From assembly GCF_002945325.1 (NCBI RefSeq), contig NZ_CP026606.1, positions 1,560,001-1,592,000 of the forward strand: a stretch of DNA of 32,000 bases. Direction: 5' to 3'. Below the pieces are notes generated by a model. It was not told the origin of the DNA. It worked only from the letters and a program-made list of their open reading frames with translations, and ran no database searches. Shown here piece after piece: positions 16,757 to 26,469 of the stretch; within the stretch, counting starts at the first letter, position 1, and each line of letters begins with the position of its first letter. The translations under genes and the position numbers were made by a program. The DNA comes from Methanococcus maripaludis (GTDB taxonomy: Archaea > AGJL01 > Methanococci > Methanococcales > Methanococcaceae).

Positions 16757-18601
16757 TTATTTTATTAATGGGAACATTACGTGAACTGTTGTACCTTTTC
16801 CAATTTTGCTTTCAACCCAGATCGATCCACCATGGGATTCCACAATTTTTTTACAAACTGCAAGTCCAAGGCCGGATCCTCCAACTTCTCGTTTTGAAGA
16901 AGAATCGATTTGGTAGAATTTATCAAATATTTTTCCAAGGTGTTCTTTTGGAATTCCTGGTCCCTGATCAGTAATTTCAAGGTGGATATTTCCTTTATCT
17001 TCAAAACCCATCACTGTAACTTTGGTCTGTTTTTTGCTGAATTTTATTGCATTTTCGATTAAATTACTAAGAACCTGATGAATTTTAGACTTATCTCCTT
17101 TAATATCCAGATTATCCACATCTTCGAGTAAAACTATATTTTTACTTTCTGCGAAATAATCGAAAGACCTTAAAATATCATTTACTTCTTTTTTAAGGTT
17201 TATTTTGTCTCGTTTGATGTCCAAAATCTTATTATCTACAGTTACAAGGTCTGACATATTGTCTGTAATTCTTTTTAACCTGTCTGAGTTTTCAGATATT
17301 ACAGATATGAATTCTTTCTGTTTTTCGCTTAATTTTCCTGCAGTTTCATCTTTTAATAATTCAACATAGCCTAAGATTGCAGTAAGTGGCGTTCTAAGTT
17401 CGTGCGATACTATGGACAGTATTTCTGATTTTAAATTATCAACTTCTTTTAATTCGTCAAATGAAGTTTTAAGGGTATGTGCATCACTTTTAAGCTTTTT
17501 ATCGGATTTTCGTATTTCATCAGCCATTTTATTAAACGATTCTGCAAGTTCTTCTAATTCATCGCCTGTATCAATTGATGCTCTTTCGTCGTAATTTCCA
17601 CGTCCAAAAGATTCGGCAGAGTTTTTAAGTTTTTTTATCGAGTCGACTATTTTTTTATTTAATATCACTGCAACAAAAACTGCTATAATCAGGCTAGAAA
17701 ATGCGATAAAGAATATTTTTTGGATTACTGAATTTAATAATACCGTAAATGGCGATTTTGGAGTTCCAACACAGGTCATTCCTATTACTTCACCGTCAAT
17801 ATTGTATATCGGGGAATATTTAGCAAGGTAGGGCACTCCATTTATGGTAACCGTACTCCTAACGTCCTGTTTTTTTGAAACAGTTTCATATATATCTTCA
17901 TCTGCAAGTTCACCAACAAAATCTACTCCATCTTTTTGGCAGGTTGTAGATATTCTTACGTTGTTTAGATATATCGAAGCTTCATCACCGGTAACTTCTT
18001 TAATTCGGTCAACCCAGTAATCATCCTTATTCATTATATCTACGTAGGTTACAGCACCTATAAGAGAATCTCCATCATATATTGGTGCAACCGTAAAAAT
18101 TGTAAGTGCATCGTGCCCATCTAGTTCATAATCGCTATATTTTGAAGCTTCTTCGTTTGGGAGGATATCGTAAGCATATATGGTATTTTTTTCTAATAAT
18201 TTTTTAACGTAACTGCTTATTTCTGCATCATCGTCTCCGTAGCTTGCACAGATTACGTTTCCGTCTGCATCAGTAAAAACTGCTAAATCGATCCAAGACT
18301 GGTCTTCAAGGCCGTTTGCAAAATCTTGAAGCGTATCTTTATCATTATTTTTAACAGCATTAACAACAACTGGAAGGTTTGCCGTATATGCAGTCATCGT
18401 GTCAAATTCAACAAGAACGCTGTCCATTCGTTCATTTAATATTCCTAAATTTATATCTAGTTCAGATTCCTGATTTGAAGTCATCAAATCTGAAATAGTA
18501 TCTGTAGATACATAACTCATCATAACGATTGGAATTAAAACAATAATTATTGAAAAAATCAGTAATTTAGTTCCAATCATTCCAATTCTCGATCTTCTCA
18601 T
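16757..18601 (-). CDS. Membrane sensor histidine kinase: TM, extracellular Cache-like domain, TM, HAMP, HisKA, HATPase_c
   Basis: TM1 is about aa 12-30. The extracytoplasmic region of about 260 aa (coordinates about 17720-18511) has Cache-like blocks (IGAVTYVDIM, EVIGMTCVGTP). TM2 is aa 295-314. HAMP (LNKKIVDSIKKLKNSAESFGRGNYDERASIDTGDELEELAESFNKMADEI). H-box SIVSHELRTPLTAILGY (His400), N-box LSNLIENAIKFS, G-boxes DQGPGI and GGSGLGLAV. Confidence 0.9.
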   Translation of the reverse strand: MRRSRIGMIGTKLLIFSIIIVLIPIVMMSYVSTDTISDLMTSNQESELDINLGILNERMDSVLVEFDTMTAYTANLPVVVNAVKNNDKDTLQDFANGLEDQSWIDLAVFTDADGNVICASYGDDDAEISSYVKKLLEKNTIYAYDILPNEEASKYSDYELDGHDALTIFTVAPIYDGDSLIGAVTYVDIMNKDDYWVDRIKEVTGDEASIYLNNVRISTTCQKDGVDFVGELADEDIYETVSKKQDVRSTVTINGVPYLAKYSPIYNIDGEVIGMTCVGTPKSPFTVLLNSVIQKIFFIAFSSLIIAVFVAVILNKKIVDSIKKLKNSAESFGRGNYDERASIDTGDELEELAESFNKMADEIRKSDKKLKSDAHTLKTSFDELKEVDNLKSEILSIVSHELRTPLTAILGYVELLKDETAGKLSEKQKEFISVISENSDRLKRITDNMSDLVTVDNKILDIKRDKINLKKEVNDILRSFDYFAESKNIVLLEDVDNLDIKGDKSKIHQVLSNLIENAIKFSKKQTKVTVMGFEDKGNIHLEITDQGPGIPKEHLGKIFDKFYQIDSSSKREVGGSGLGLAVCKKIVESHGGSIWVESKIGKGTTVHVMFPLIK

Positions 18602-18727
18602 GGGGCACCACTAAATAAGTCAGTTTGAGTAAATTTTTTTAAATATTTTCATTTAATTATTTTAGTTAAATATTTAGGAATATCATTAAATAATTATTTG
18701 TTCGTTCTTTGCCCGACATTTTGATCT

Positions 18728-19672
18728 TCAGTTGCTTAATTTTGACGAGTAAGTGCTGTGAATTACCATTCCAAATATTACAACAAGCAGTCCTAAATTT
18801 GCAAAAATGTCCGGGAATGCACCGCCCAATAGAATAAGTTCACCAAGTACTGAAAATACTATTTCTCCAGACTGGGTTGATTCGACAGCGGCAAGTTTTT
18901 TCATATCTTTTCTTACCATGTCCGTTGCTTTGAAAAAAAGCCATGTTGCAATTATTCCTGAAAATAATGCGACTATAAACGACTGAATGATCTGGTTGTT
19001 GTTTGGAATGCCTGACCTTAAAAGTCCATAGAATAAAAGTAAAATCCATGCAGGCATACTGCAAAGGGTCATTCCAAGTATTCTTTGAAATGTTGTTAAT
19101 TTACCGCCTGAAAGTTCCATTGTTTTTCTGTTTCCCAAAGGATATGAAAATGCCGCAATAATAACAGGTATAAATCCTAATACAAGGTCATTTATTGAAA
19201 CGGAAGTTATTCTTGAATACTGCATTAAGATTATCCCAAAAAGAATAATTAATGAAATAAAAAGCGACTTTTTTGGAATTTTATTCCTTACTTTTTCTAA
19301 ATTCCCATTATTTTCAATCAGGCTGTAAAATAATGGTGTTAAAAGGATTCCTGCAACAATTGTTACCTGCCAGGTTCCTGCAATAAGCCATGATGGGCCG
19401 TAGTTGCCTGCAAACGTAAGGGGTGCATAGAATAAAACAAAACCAACATTACTCCATATGAACCATTCTTTGAAATTGTTTTTTATCTCGAAAATTACTT
19501 TTTTAATGTTATTTTTACCGTAAAGTATAATCAAAAGGAATGGGAGTGTGAATATGTATCTTAGGGATGCTGAAAATATCCAATCTCCTCCAAAAAGGTC
19601 CATCTGCCGGTTTAAAACAAACGTAGATGCAAAAAAGAGCGATGAAAGAATTCCTAAAATTATAGATTTCAT
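18728..19672 (-). CDS. 10-TM membrane transporter, DMT-superfamily/multidrug-efflux-like
   Basis: 314 aa and almost entirely hydrophobic helices, with a two-halves (5+5 TM) appearance. Family-level call only. Confidence 0.6.
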   Translation of the reverse strand: MKSIILGILSSLFFASTFVLNRQMDLFGGDWIFSASLRYIFTLPFLLIILYGKNNIKKVIFEIKNNFKEWFIWSNVGFVLFYAPLTFAGNYGPSWLIAGTWQVTIVAGILLTPLFYSLIENNGNLEKVRNKIPKKSLFISLIILFGIILMQYSRITSVSINDLVLGFIPVIIAAFSYPLGNRKTMELSGGKLTTFQRILGMTLCSMPAWILLLFYGLLRSGIPNNNQIIQSFIVALFSGIIATWLFFKATDMVRKDMKKLAAVESTQSGEIVFSVLGELILLGGAFPDIFANLGLLVVIFGMVIHSTYSSKLSN

Positions 19673-19812
19673 AACGACACCATATATTTATTAAAATAAA
19701 TATGAGGGATTAAAATTTAAAACTTTTGATATAAGAATATATTAAATAGAATAAACTTACATTTTTAATATATTTGAGGATAAATTTTTGGATGAATTTT
19801 TTTGGTGAAAAT

Positions 19813-20109
19813 ATGGAATGTCCAGTATGTGGCGGAGAAAAATGCATAAGAAAATCAGCAGTCGAGATTTACAAAGACTTAATCGAACTTTTTTTTAAAT
19901 ATCAAGATAAAGAAAGCGAAGTTACATTTAAAAAGCACCCTACCGTTGGGGAAATCGGGGAATGCGAAAAAACAGGTAAGAAGTTGTGGTACTGTCCGTA
20001 CTGCGACAAACCATTTCCTGAAAATTATGAACTGAATAACGTAACAGTCGAGTGTCCACACTGTAAAAAGACACTTTGCATCCCTGTTTCAAACAGAACA
20101 TTCTGTTAA
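19813..20109 (+). CDS. Small cysteine-rich zinc-ribbon protein; function unknown
   Basis: 99 aa from the ATG after GGTGAAAAT (MECPVCGGEKC...). CxxC pairs at CPVC, CPYC and CPHC, plus extra Cys residues. The track's upstream extension (19774) lacks an RBS. Confidence 0.7.
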   Translation: MECPVCGGEKCIRKSAVEIYKDLIELFFKYQDKESEVTFKKHPTVGEIGECEKTGKKLWYCPYCDKPFPENYELNNVTVECPHCKKTLCIPVSNRTFC

Positions 20110-20113
20110 ATTA

Positions 20114-20611
20114 TTATTTTTCAATTTTTTTAGATTTTTTCAATCTTTTTTTAGCCTTTTCAAAAAATTCTTCAGGAGTATTTTCTTCTTCTCCAAGGTA
20201 TTTTAAAACGGTTTCTGCGTGTTTATAATATTCTTCATCAGGGTCTAAATCTCCCATAAACAGACCTTTACAGTTTTCCAAAAACCAGCCATCGTATGTT
20301 AAAACAAGGTTTTTGTCTTTAATTTGAACAGAATATGGTCTTAATCTACAGATAATTGGCCTAACTCTATAAATTTTACATTTATTATTTTCATCTAAGA
20401 ATATACACTTTTCTTTTGAGGTTTTGAGCCTTCCAGTCATTCCATCAAAGTTTACGAGGTATTTTTTAACAACTTCGTCAAATGGAATTTTTAAAAATCC
20501 TGCAATATTTGCAACGTCCTTTTTGGAAACGCTTGGAGAGTCACAGCAGCCACCGCACATTCTACAGTGCCATGCAATGTTTTTCAAATCTTTTTTAATA
20601 TCAATTTTCAT
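20114..20611 (-). CDS. YkgJ/UPF0153-family cysteine-cluster protein (CxxCxxCC)
   Basis: WHCRMCGGCCDSP motif, and further Cys residues in ...KCIFLDENNKCKIYRVRPIICR. The start is set to the ATG at 20611; the track start is a GTG 9 nt upstream. Confidence 0.8.
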   Translation of the reverse strand: MKIDIKKDLKNIAWHCRMCGGCCDSPSVSKKDVANIAGFLKIPFDEVVKKYLVNFDGMTGRLKTSKEKCIFLDENNKCKIYRVRPIICRLRPYSVQIKDKNLVLTYDGWFLENCKGLFMGDLDPDEEYYKHAETVLKYLGEEENTPEEFFEKAKKRLKKSKKIEK

Positions 20612-20689
20612 AAAATTCACGTTTTCTTTTGATTTAAATTTTTAAATTTTTTTAATATCCTAAAAATTAAAAAATAGGGTTAATTAAAA

Positions 20690-21742
20690 TTAGAAGTATT
20701 CATGTACTTTTTTAATGCATGCAACAACGAGTTCGGTTGTTTTTTCGAGGTCTTCTGTATCAATAACTTCAACCGGAGTGTGGATGTATCTTGAAGGAAC
20801 AGATATAACGCCTGTTGGAATTCCATCTCTTGTTAAGTGAATTGCGGTTGCATCAGTTGTTCCTCCTTCTCCAACTTCGTATTGAACAGGTATCTCATCT
20901 GCTTTTGAAACATCCCTAACCATTCTTAAAACTGTAGGGTGCGTAATAATTCCTCTTCCTGATGCGTCAACAATTGTTGCAACAGGACCTTTTCCAAGTT
21001 CTACTGGCGCATCTTCTAATTTAATTCCAGGATGGTCTCCACAGATTGTAACGTCAAGTGCGAATGCAACATCGGGATTAATTCCAAATGCAGATGTTTT
21101 TGCACCTTTAAGTCCTACTTCTTCTTGAACTGTTCCAACAGCGTAAACCTGGCATTTTAAATCCATATCTTTGAGTAATTCCATGGTTTTTAAAACAACT
21201 GCACAGCCTGCCCTGTTGTCGAATGATTTACATGAAACTACATTTCCACCGAGTTTATCAAATTCGGACTTGAATGACATTGCAGTTCCAATTTCTACGC
21301 CCATTTTTTCTGCTTCTTCCCTATTTTTTGCACCGATGTCGATAAACATGTGTTCAGCAGAAATTAATTTGTTTCTTTCGCTTTCTTTCATTTTGTGTGG
21401 TGGTTTTGATCCTAAAACTCCAACAATATCGCCGTTATTTCCGTGAACGATAACTTTCTGATTTAAGAGCATCTGGTCGTTAATTCCGCCAATTTTTGTA
21501 AATTTTAAAAATCCTTTATCGTCTATATATTTAACCATGAGCCCGATTTCATCCATGTGTGATGCAATCATGATTTTTGGACCTGTAGATCCTTTTTTTG
21601 CAATTAAGTTTCCAAATTTATCTGTTTCAATACTGTCGCAGTATTTTTCAAGTTCTTTTTTCATGTATTCTCGTATGTTATCTTCTCTACCAGAAATTCC
21701 TTTTTCTGTTGCGAGAATCTTTAAATAATTGAGTGTACTCAT
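20690..21742 (-). CDS. M42-family metallo-aminopeptidase (TET/FrvX type)
   Basis: GISGRE...DKFGNLIA...IASHMDEIG...FDNRAG...QEEVGLKGA...PSRYIHTP, 350 aa. Confidence 0.9.
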   Translation of the reverse strand: MSTLNYLKILATEKGISGREDNIREYMKKELEKYCDSIETDKFGNLIAKKGSTGPKIMIASHMDEIGLMVKYIDDKGFLKFTKIGGINDQMLLNQKVIVHGNNGDIVGVLGSKPPHKMKESERNKLISAEHMFIDIGAKNREEAEKMGVEIGTAMSFKSEFDKLGGNVVSCKSFDNRAGCAVVLKTMELLKDMDLKCQVYAVGTVQEEVGLKGAKTSAFGINPDVAFALDVTICGDHPGIKLEDAPVELGKGPVATIVDASGRGIITHPTVLRMVRDVSKADEIPVQYEVGEGGTTDATAIHLTRDGIPTGVISVPSRYIHTPVEVIDTEDLEKTTELVVACIKKVHEYF

Positions 21743-22080
21743 AAAATCACCAGCTTATTTCTTAACTACTCAATTTTCATAATGATATCTATTCTATGAT
21801 TTAAATATGATTGTTTTAAACTAGATTGGATGTTTCATAATAAAAAATTTAATGAAGAATGCAGATAAATAAAATGATACAAAAAATTTATAAATGCATC
21901 TGATAATATTCATGTTATTAATGGATTGTAGCATGATGCCGTATAGGTATTCTTTGTAACACATTCGAACACAATACTTACGATTTATTTCTATTTTTCA
22001 TGTTATTGCAATTTTTAATAAAATCAGAAGAAAAAACGAAACAGATTTAAAAATTTATGTTTTTAAAATCGGTGAAAAGA

Positions 22081-22908
22081 ATGAAAAACACAAAAAATTT
22101 GAATTTTGAAGAATTAGCTGTTAAATCAAAAAGTTTAAGATATAATATTGTAAAAATGATAGGACTTGCAGAATCTGGACACCCTGGGGGATCCCTTTCA
22201 GCAATTGACATTGTATCATCTCTTTACTACAATATTATGAACTATGATCCAAAAGATCCAAAACAGGATTCAAGAGATCGGTTTATTTTAAGTAAAGGTC
22301 ACGCATGCCCTGCACTTTATGTAACCCTTGCAGATCTGGGCTATTTTAAAGAAGAAGAATTATGGAATTTAAGACAGCTCGGAGCTCTTTTACAAGGACA
22401 CCCTACAATCGAGATTCCTGGAATTGAAGTAAATACTGGTTCATTAGGACAGGGATTTTCATCATCAGTTGGTGTTGCTATCGGATGTAAATTAAATAAA
22501 TACGAAAATAACGTGTTCGTTCTTTTAGGGGATGGAGAATGTCAAGAAGGACAGGTTTGGGAAGCTGCAATGGCTGCGGCACACTACAAACTCGATAATT
22601 TAATTGGTTTTGTTGATAGAAACAAACTCCAGATTGACGGATGTACTGAAGATGTAATGTGTTTAATGGACTTGAAAGCTAAATTTTCTGCATTCGGTTT
22701 TGATGTATTTGAAATTGACGGCCACAACTTCGAAGAAATTGTTAAAACCGCAGAACTTGCAAAAACAATGAAAAACGGAAAGCCAAAAATGATTATCGCA
22801 AATACGATAAAAGGAAAAGGCGTATCATTCATGGAAAATAACGTTGGCTTCCACGGAAAAGCTCCAAATAAAGAAGAGCTTGAAAAAGCACTCGCAGAAC
22901 TTCAATAA
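22081..22908 (+). CDS. tkt: Transketolase, N-terminal (TPP-binding) subunit
   Basis: [19 protein letters not shown] and GDGE.QEG.VWEA motifs. The start is set to the ATG at 22081 after GGTGAAAAGA. Confidence 0.9.
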   Translation: MKNTKNLNFEELAVKSKSLRYNIVKMIGLAESGHPGGSLSAIDIVSSLYYNIMNYDPKDPKQDSRDRFILSKGHACPALYVTLADLGYFKEEELWNLRQLGALLQGHPTIEIPGIEVNTGSLGQGFSSSVGVAIGCKLNKYENNVFVLLGDGECQEGQVWEAAMAAAHYKLDNLIGFVDRNKLQIDGCTEDVMCLMDLKAKFSAFGFDVFEIDGHNFEEIVKTAELAKTMKNGKPKMIIANTIKGKGVSFMENNVGFHGKAPNKEELEKALAELQ

Positions 22909-22921
22909 TCAGGTGATTTAA

Positions 22922-23581
22922 ATGGTAATGATTGGTGCATCTATTCTTTCTGCAGATTACGGTCACATGGCAGAGGAAGTAAAAAAGGCTGAAGAAGGAA
23001 ATGTTGATTTTTTCCACGTGGATATTATGGACGGACACTTTGTACCAAATTTAAGTATGGGGCTTAGAGTTCCCCACTATTTGAAAAGTATAACTGACGT
23101 TCCAATTGACGTACACTTAATGGTTGAAAATCCTGATTTATTTATTCCTAAACTGGCAGATGCTGCAGATATGATTGCATTTCACGCAGAATCCAGTAAA
23201 TATTTATTTAGAACTGTTGACCTGATAAAAGAACACGATGCAAAGCCAATAGTTGCATTAAACCCCTCAACACCGATCGGTAACGTGGAATACGTTTTAG
23301 AAAATTTATATGGTGTTTTGGTAATGACTGTTGAACCGGGCTTTTCAGGACAGTCTTTTATAAATCCGATGATTAAAAAAATAGATAATTTAAAAAACAA
23401 AATATTGACTGAAGGGTACGATACAAAAATCTTTGTAGATGGTGGAATTAACCTGGAAACTGCGCCAAAAGCTGTTGAAGCAGGTGCAGATGGGCTTATT
23501 GCAGCTTCAGCAATATATGGAAAGGAAGACGTTAAAAAAGCAGTGAATGATTTAAGAAATTCTGCAAATTTTAGGATTTAA
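22922..23581 (+). CDS. rpe: Ribulose-phosphate 3-epimerase
   Basis: SILSADYGHM...HVDIMDGHFVPNLS...DVHLMV...MTVEPGFSGQSF...VDGGIN. AGGTGA RBS. Confidence 0.92.
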   Translation: MVMIGASILSADYGHMAEEVKKAEEGNVDFFHVDIMDGHFVPNLSMGLRVPHYLKSITDVPIDVHLMVENPDLFIPKLADAADMIAFHAESSKYLFRTVDLIKEHDAKPIVALNPSTPIGNVEYVLENLYGVLVMTVEPGFSGQSFINPMIKKIDNLKNKILTEGYDTKIFVDGGINLETAPKAVEAGADGLIAASAIYGKEDVKKAVNDLRNSANFRI

Positions 23582-23637
23582 CTCGTAAATTAAATTTAAG
23601 AACTATATCTGAAGTTTATAATTTTGTGGTGAATTAT

Positions 23638-24576
23638 ATGAAAGGAACAAAAAAAGGAATGAGAGAAGCCTACGGTGAAACCTTAGCGGAACTTGGTGAA
23701 GTAAATGAAAATATTGTAGTACTTGATGCTGATTTATCAGGTTCTACTAAAACAGGAATTTTTGCTAAAAAATATCCTGAAAGATTTTTCAATGCAGGAA
23801 TTGCAGAACAAAACATGATGGGTATGGCAGCAGGACTTTCAAGAACTGGAAAAACTGTGTTCGCATCAACTTTTGCAATGTTTGCAACAGGAAGAGCATG
23901 GGAGCAAATTAGAAATTCTATCGCATATCCTGGTTTAAACGTAAAAATATGTGCAACACACAGTGGCGTTACAGTTGGTGAAGATGGAGCATCCCACGAA
24001 ATGACTGAAGACATTGCAATAATGAGAGCAATCCCAAAAATGATTGTAATTTCCCCATCTGACTATTTGGAAACAAAAAATGCCGTTAGGTGGGCTGCAA
24101 ATTACGAAGGTCCAGTTTATGTAAGAATGCCAAGAGGGAATACTGAAATAATTTTTGAAAACGAAGAAGAAGCAAAATTCGAGTTTGGAAAAGCAAGAAT
24201 TTTAAAAGAAGGAACTGACATTACACTCATTGCAACAGGAGAGCTCGTTCCAGAGGCACTCAATGCTTCAAAAATACTTTCTGAAAAAGGAATATCTGCA
24301 CAGGTTATTGCAATTGCGACAATAAAGCCAATTGATAAAGATGCAATAAAAAATTCAAAAGATTTCATAGTTTCAATCGAGGATCACAGTATCATCGGCG
24401 GACTTGGCGGAGCAATTTCTGAAGTAATTGCAGAAGAAGGATTGAATAAAAAACTCCTTAGAGTTGGTATCAACGACGAGTTTGGAAAATCTGGAAAAGC
24501 AGGAGATTTATTAAAATATTATAAACTCGATTCAGAGAGTATTGCAGAAACCGTGATGAATGCATACAAAAAATAA
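23638..24576 (+). CDS. tkt: Transketolase, C-terminal (pyrimidine-binding) subunit
   Basis: R.AYGE.L.ELG....VVLDADLS.ST.......PERFFNAGIAEQNM.G.AAGL. The start is set to the ATG at 23638 after GGTGAATTAT. Confidence 0.9.
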   Translation: MKGTKKGMREAYGETLAELGEVNENIVVLDADLSGSTKTGIFAKKYPERFFNAGIAEQNMMGMAAGLSRTGKTVFASTFAMFATGRAWEQIRNSIAYPGLNVKICATHSGVTVGEDGASHEMTEDIAIMRAIPKMIVISPSDYLETKNAVRWAANYEGPVYVRMPRGNTEIIFENEEEAKFEFGKARILKEGTDITLIATGELVPEALNASKILSEKGISAQVIAIATIKPIDKDAIKNSKDFIVSIEDHSIIGGLGGAISEVIAEEGLNKKLLRVGINDEFGKSGKAGDLLKYYKLDSESIAETVMNAYKK

Positions 24577-24635
24577 TTTTTAAATTAATTCTAAATAATA
24601 TTTATTTTAATTTTATTTTTTAAGGGGTTAGATTC

Positions 24636-25391
24636 ATGAAAAAAATCGGAATTTTAGAATTTTTAGTTTTAATTTCAATTTTAGTTACGGCCCTTGCAAT
24701 CGGTTATAATTTTTTAAGCCCAACGTCAGAAGCGTATACTTTTGATGGGGAAGAAATGTACAAATGTGCATGGGTTTCTGAAAATATAATGCTCAAAGGT
24801 TTTCCGCTCTACGCAGATATTGATGGAAGATGGACTGCAGATTCTTCAGACTTTTCTGATCGAGTACAAATTTTAGCTGCAAGTGGTGGAACTCTTACCG
24901 TTGCATACAACGATACTGAAATGACGATTGGTGGAAAACTTGCTTCAAAAGAAGATATTGCAGCAAGTAACATATATCTGGTTCCTTTAGGAAACACAAT
25001 TATTAGATATAACTTGGACTCTTTAAATGGAACTTCATTTTCAGAAATAAGCGATATTATTTACGATGACATTGGCAATGACTTAAATATTCTTGAAGTT
25101 GATATTGATGGTTCATTTGCGATTGATTCGGAAACTTTTTCACCAACAGAACAACTTGAAGTTATAAATTATTTCAAATATGAATCAGCTCTGCCAAAAA
25201 TGAGTTTTGTAGATGGCGGTTTAATATTAAAAGGAGATTTTAATTTAAACGACTTGAAAAACTTGGATGGCTTATTAAATCCTCAAAAAATCGTTACATC
25301 AAATATTGAAGTAAATATAATTGTGGAAAACGCTACTAATGAAATAAAAACTGAAAAATACAATAATGCAAAACTAATAACCTGGATGTAA
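24636..25391 (+). CDS. Hypothetical N-terminally anchored extracytoplasmic protein with a pilin-like (class III signal-like) N-terminus
   Basis: MKKIGILEFLVLISILVTALAIGYNF is a short basic tip followed by Gly, Glu and a 20-aa hydrophobic helix. The rest is acidic and Asn/Asp/Thr-rich, with N-x-S/T sequons (NDT, NGT, NAT). AGGGGT RBS. I recognise no enzymatic motif. Confidence 0.65.
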   Translation: MKKIGILEFLVLISILVTALAIGYNFLSPTSEAYTFDGEEMYKCAWVSENIMLKGFPLYADIDGRWTADSSDFSDRVQILAASGGTLTVAYNDTEMTIGGKLASKEDIAASNIYLVPLGNTIIRYNLDSLNGTSFSEISDIIYDDIGNDLNILEVDIDGSFAIDSETFSPTEQLEVINYFKYESALPKMSFVDGGLILKGDFNLNDLKNLDGLLNPQKIVTSNIEVNIIVENATNEIKTEKYNNAKLITWM

Positions 25392-25395
25392 TACT

Positions 25396-26469
25396 ATGAA
25401 GAAGTTTTTGGAACTTAATTTACAAAAAATCGGACCACACCACATATTTGTTGGTTTAGTATGTATTTTTGTACTTCTATCAAATGTTACCACGCTTTCG
25501 GCATGTATTGTATTATTTTCATCAGTATTTTTTTATATTTCTTTTATTGCAGGGCAAAATATCTTTAAAAAATTGGATTTTAGGCCTTTCGAAGTAAATT
25601 ATAAGTTTCATGAAAAGATAGGGCTTTTTTTACTTTTATTTGGTATTTTTTTCACGATAATGGATCTTTTATGGGTTAGGGGAGTTCCACTCTTTGATCC
25701 AACCTCTAGAAAATTTTTAAGTGTTATATATACTGCATTTTCGCATACACTTCCATTAGGTTGGGCCATAGTAATTTCAAGTTCCAAATTAAGTACTAAA
25801 AAAATATTTTTGTATTCTGGAGTATTTGCAGCGTTAATAGCACTTTTAGGCTACCGTACACAAGTTGTGGTGTTATTACTTTCAACAATTTTTGCAATGT
25901 ACTATTCAGAAAAAATAAAAAATAAACTCATGATTTATTCATTAATCGGACTTGCGCTGGTCGTTTGTGGACTTTCATTTTTAAGGCATTTTATATTAAA
26001 TATTGGTGGAAACCCCATACTTTCAAGAATAGATCTTACAATGAGTATATTTGATCTTATTGTCAAGAATTTCAATGGTAATTTTCAAGGAGTCATCCAT
26101 AACGCCGTATTTTCATCATATGGGTTAATTGATGGTCCAAAATATGGTCCAAGAACGTTAATTGCAAACAGTATTGGGGTAACTGGCGTTACAATCACAC
26201 CAACAATATTTGGTGCAGTCTTAATGGATTTTGGAACGCTCGGGCTCGTTCCCTATTTCGGGATTTTTGGGCTTTTAATGGGACTTTCAAACGAGGTTTC
26301 AGGTAAATTAAAAGGTTTATATTTGGGATTTTATTCAATAATGGTATCTTACTTGATTGTAGGGATTGAAACAGGTATTTTGGATCTTGATGTGGTTGTA
26401 ATGTATTTTTTAGGTGTAATTTCCACATTTTATGGGATTTTTAGGGGGATTTTAAATGCTAAAAAATAA
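25396..26469 (+). CDS. Polytopic membrane protein (about 9-10 TM), paralog 1; Wzy/oligosaccharide-repeat-polymerase-like architecture (tentative)
   Basis: 357 aa, nearly all TM helices with one larger loop. Starts 4 nt after the upstream stop. Shares blocks with the next gene (LLGYRTQVVVLLLSTIFAMYY vs VTGYKANVLVLIVAFLLYNY; ITPTIFGAVLMDFG vs ITSTLFGPIYLDLG). Confidence 0.6.
   Translation: MKKFLELNLQKIGPHHIFVGLVCIFVLLSNVTTLSACIVLFSSVFFYISFIAGQNIFKKLDFRPFEVNYKFHEKIGLFLLLFGIFFTIMDLLWVRGVPLFDPTSRKFLSVIYTAFSHTLPLGWAIVISSSKLSTKKIFLYSGVFAALIALLGYRTQVVVLLLSTIFAMYYSEKIKNKLMIYSLIGLALVVCGLSFLRHFILNIGGNPILSRIDLTMSIFDLIVKNFNGNFQGVIHNAVFSSYGLIDGPKYGPRTLIANSIGVTGVTITPTIFGAVLMDFGTLGLVPYFGIFGLLMGLSNEVSGKLKGLYLGFYSIMVSYLIVGIETGILDLDVVVMYFLGVISTFYGIFRGILNAKK

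Noticed and set aside
21895-21940. GCATCTGA ... GCATGATGC: D-like and C-like boxes with complementary GCATC/GATGC ends
   Set aside because: The box order is D before C on the plus strand, and neither strand gives the C...D arrangement. The spacing does not fit 12-nt guides. This is not a C/D sRNA. The region is kept only within the general note on the long intergenic region.
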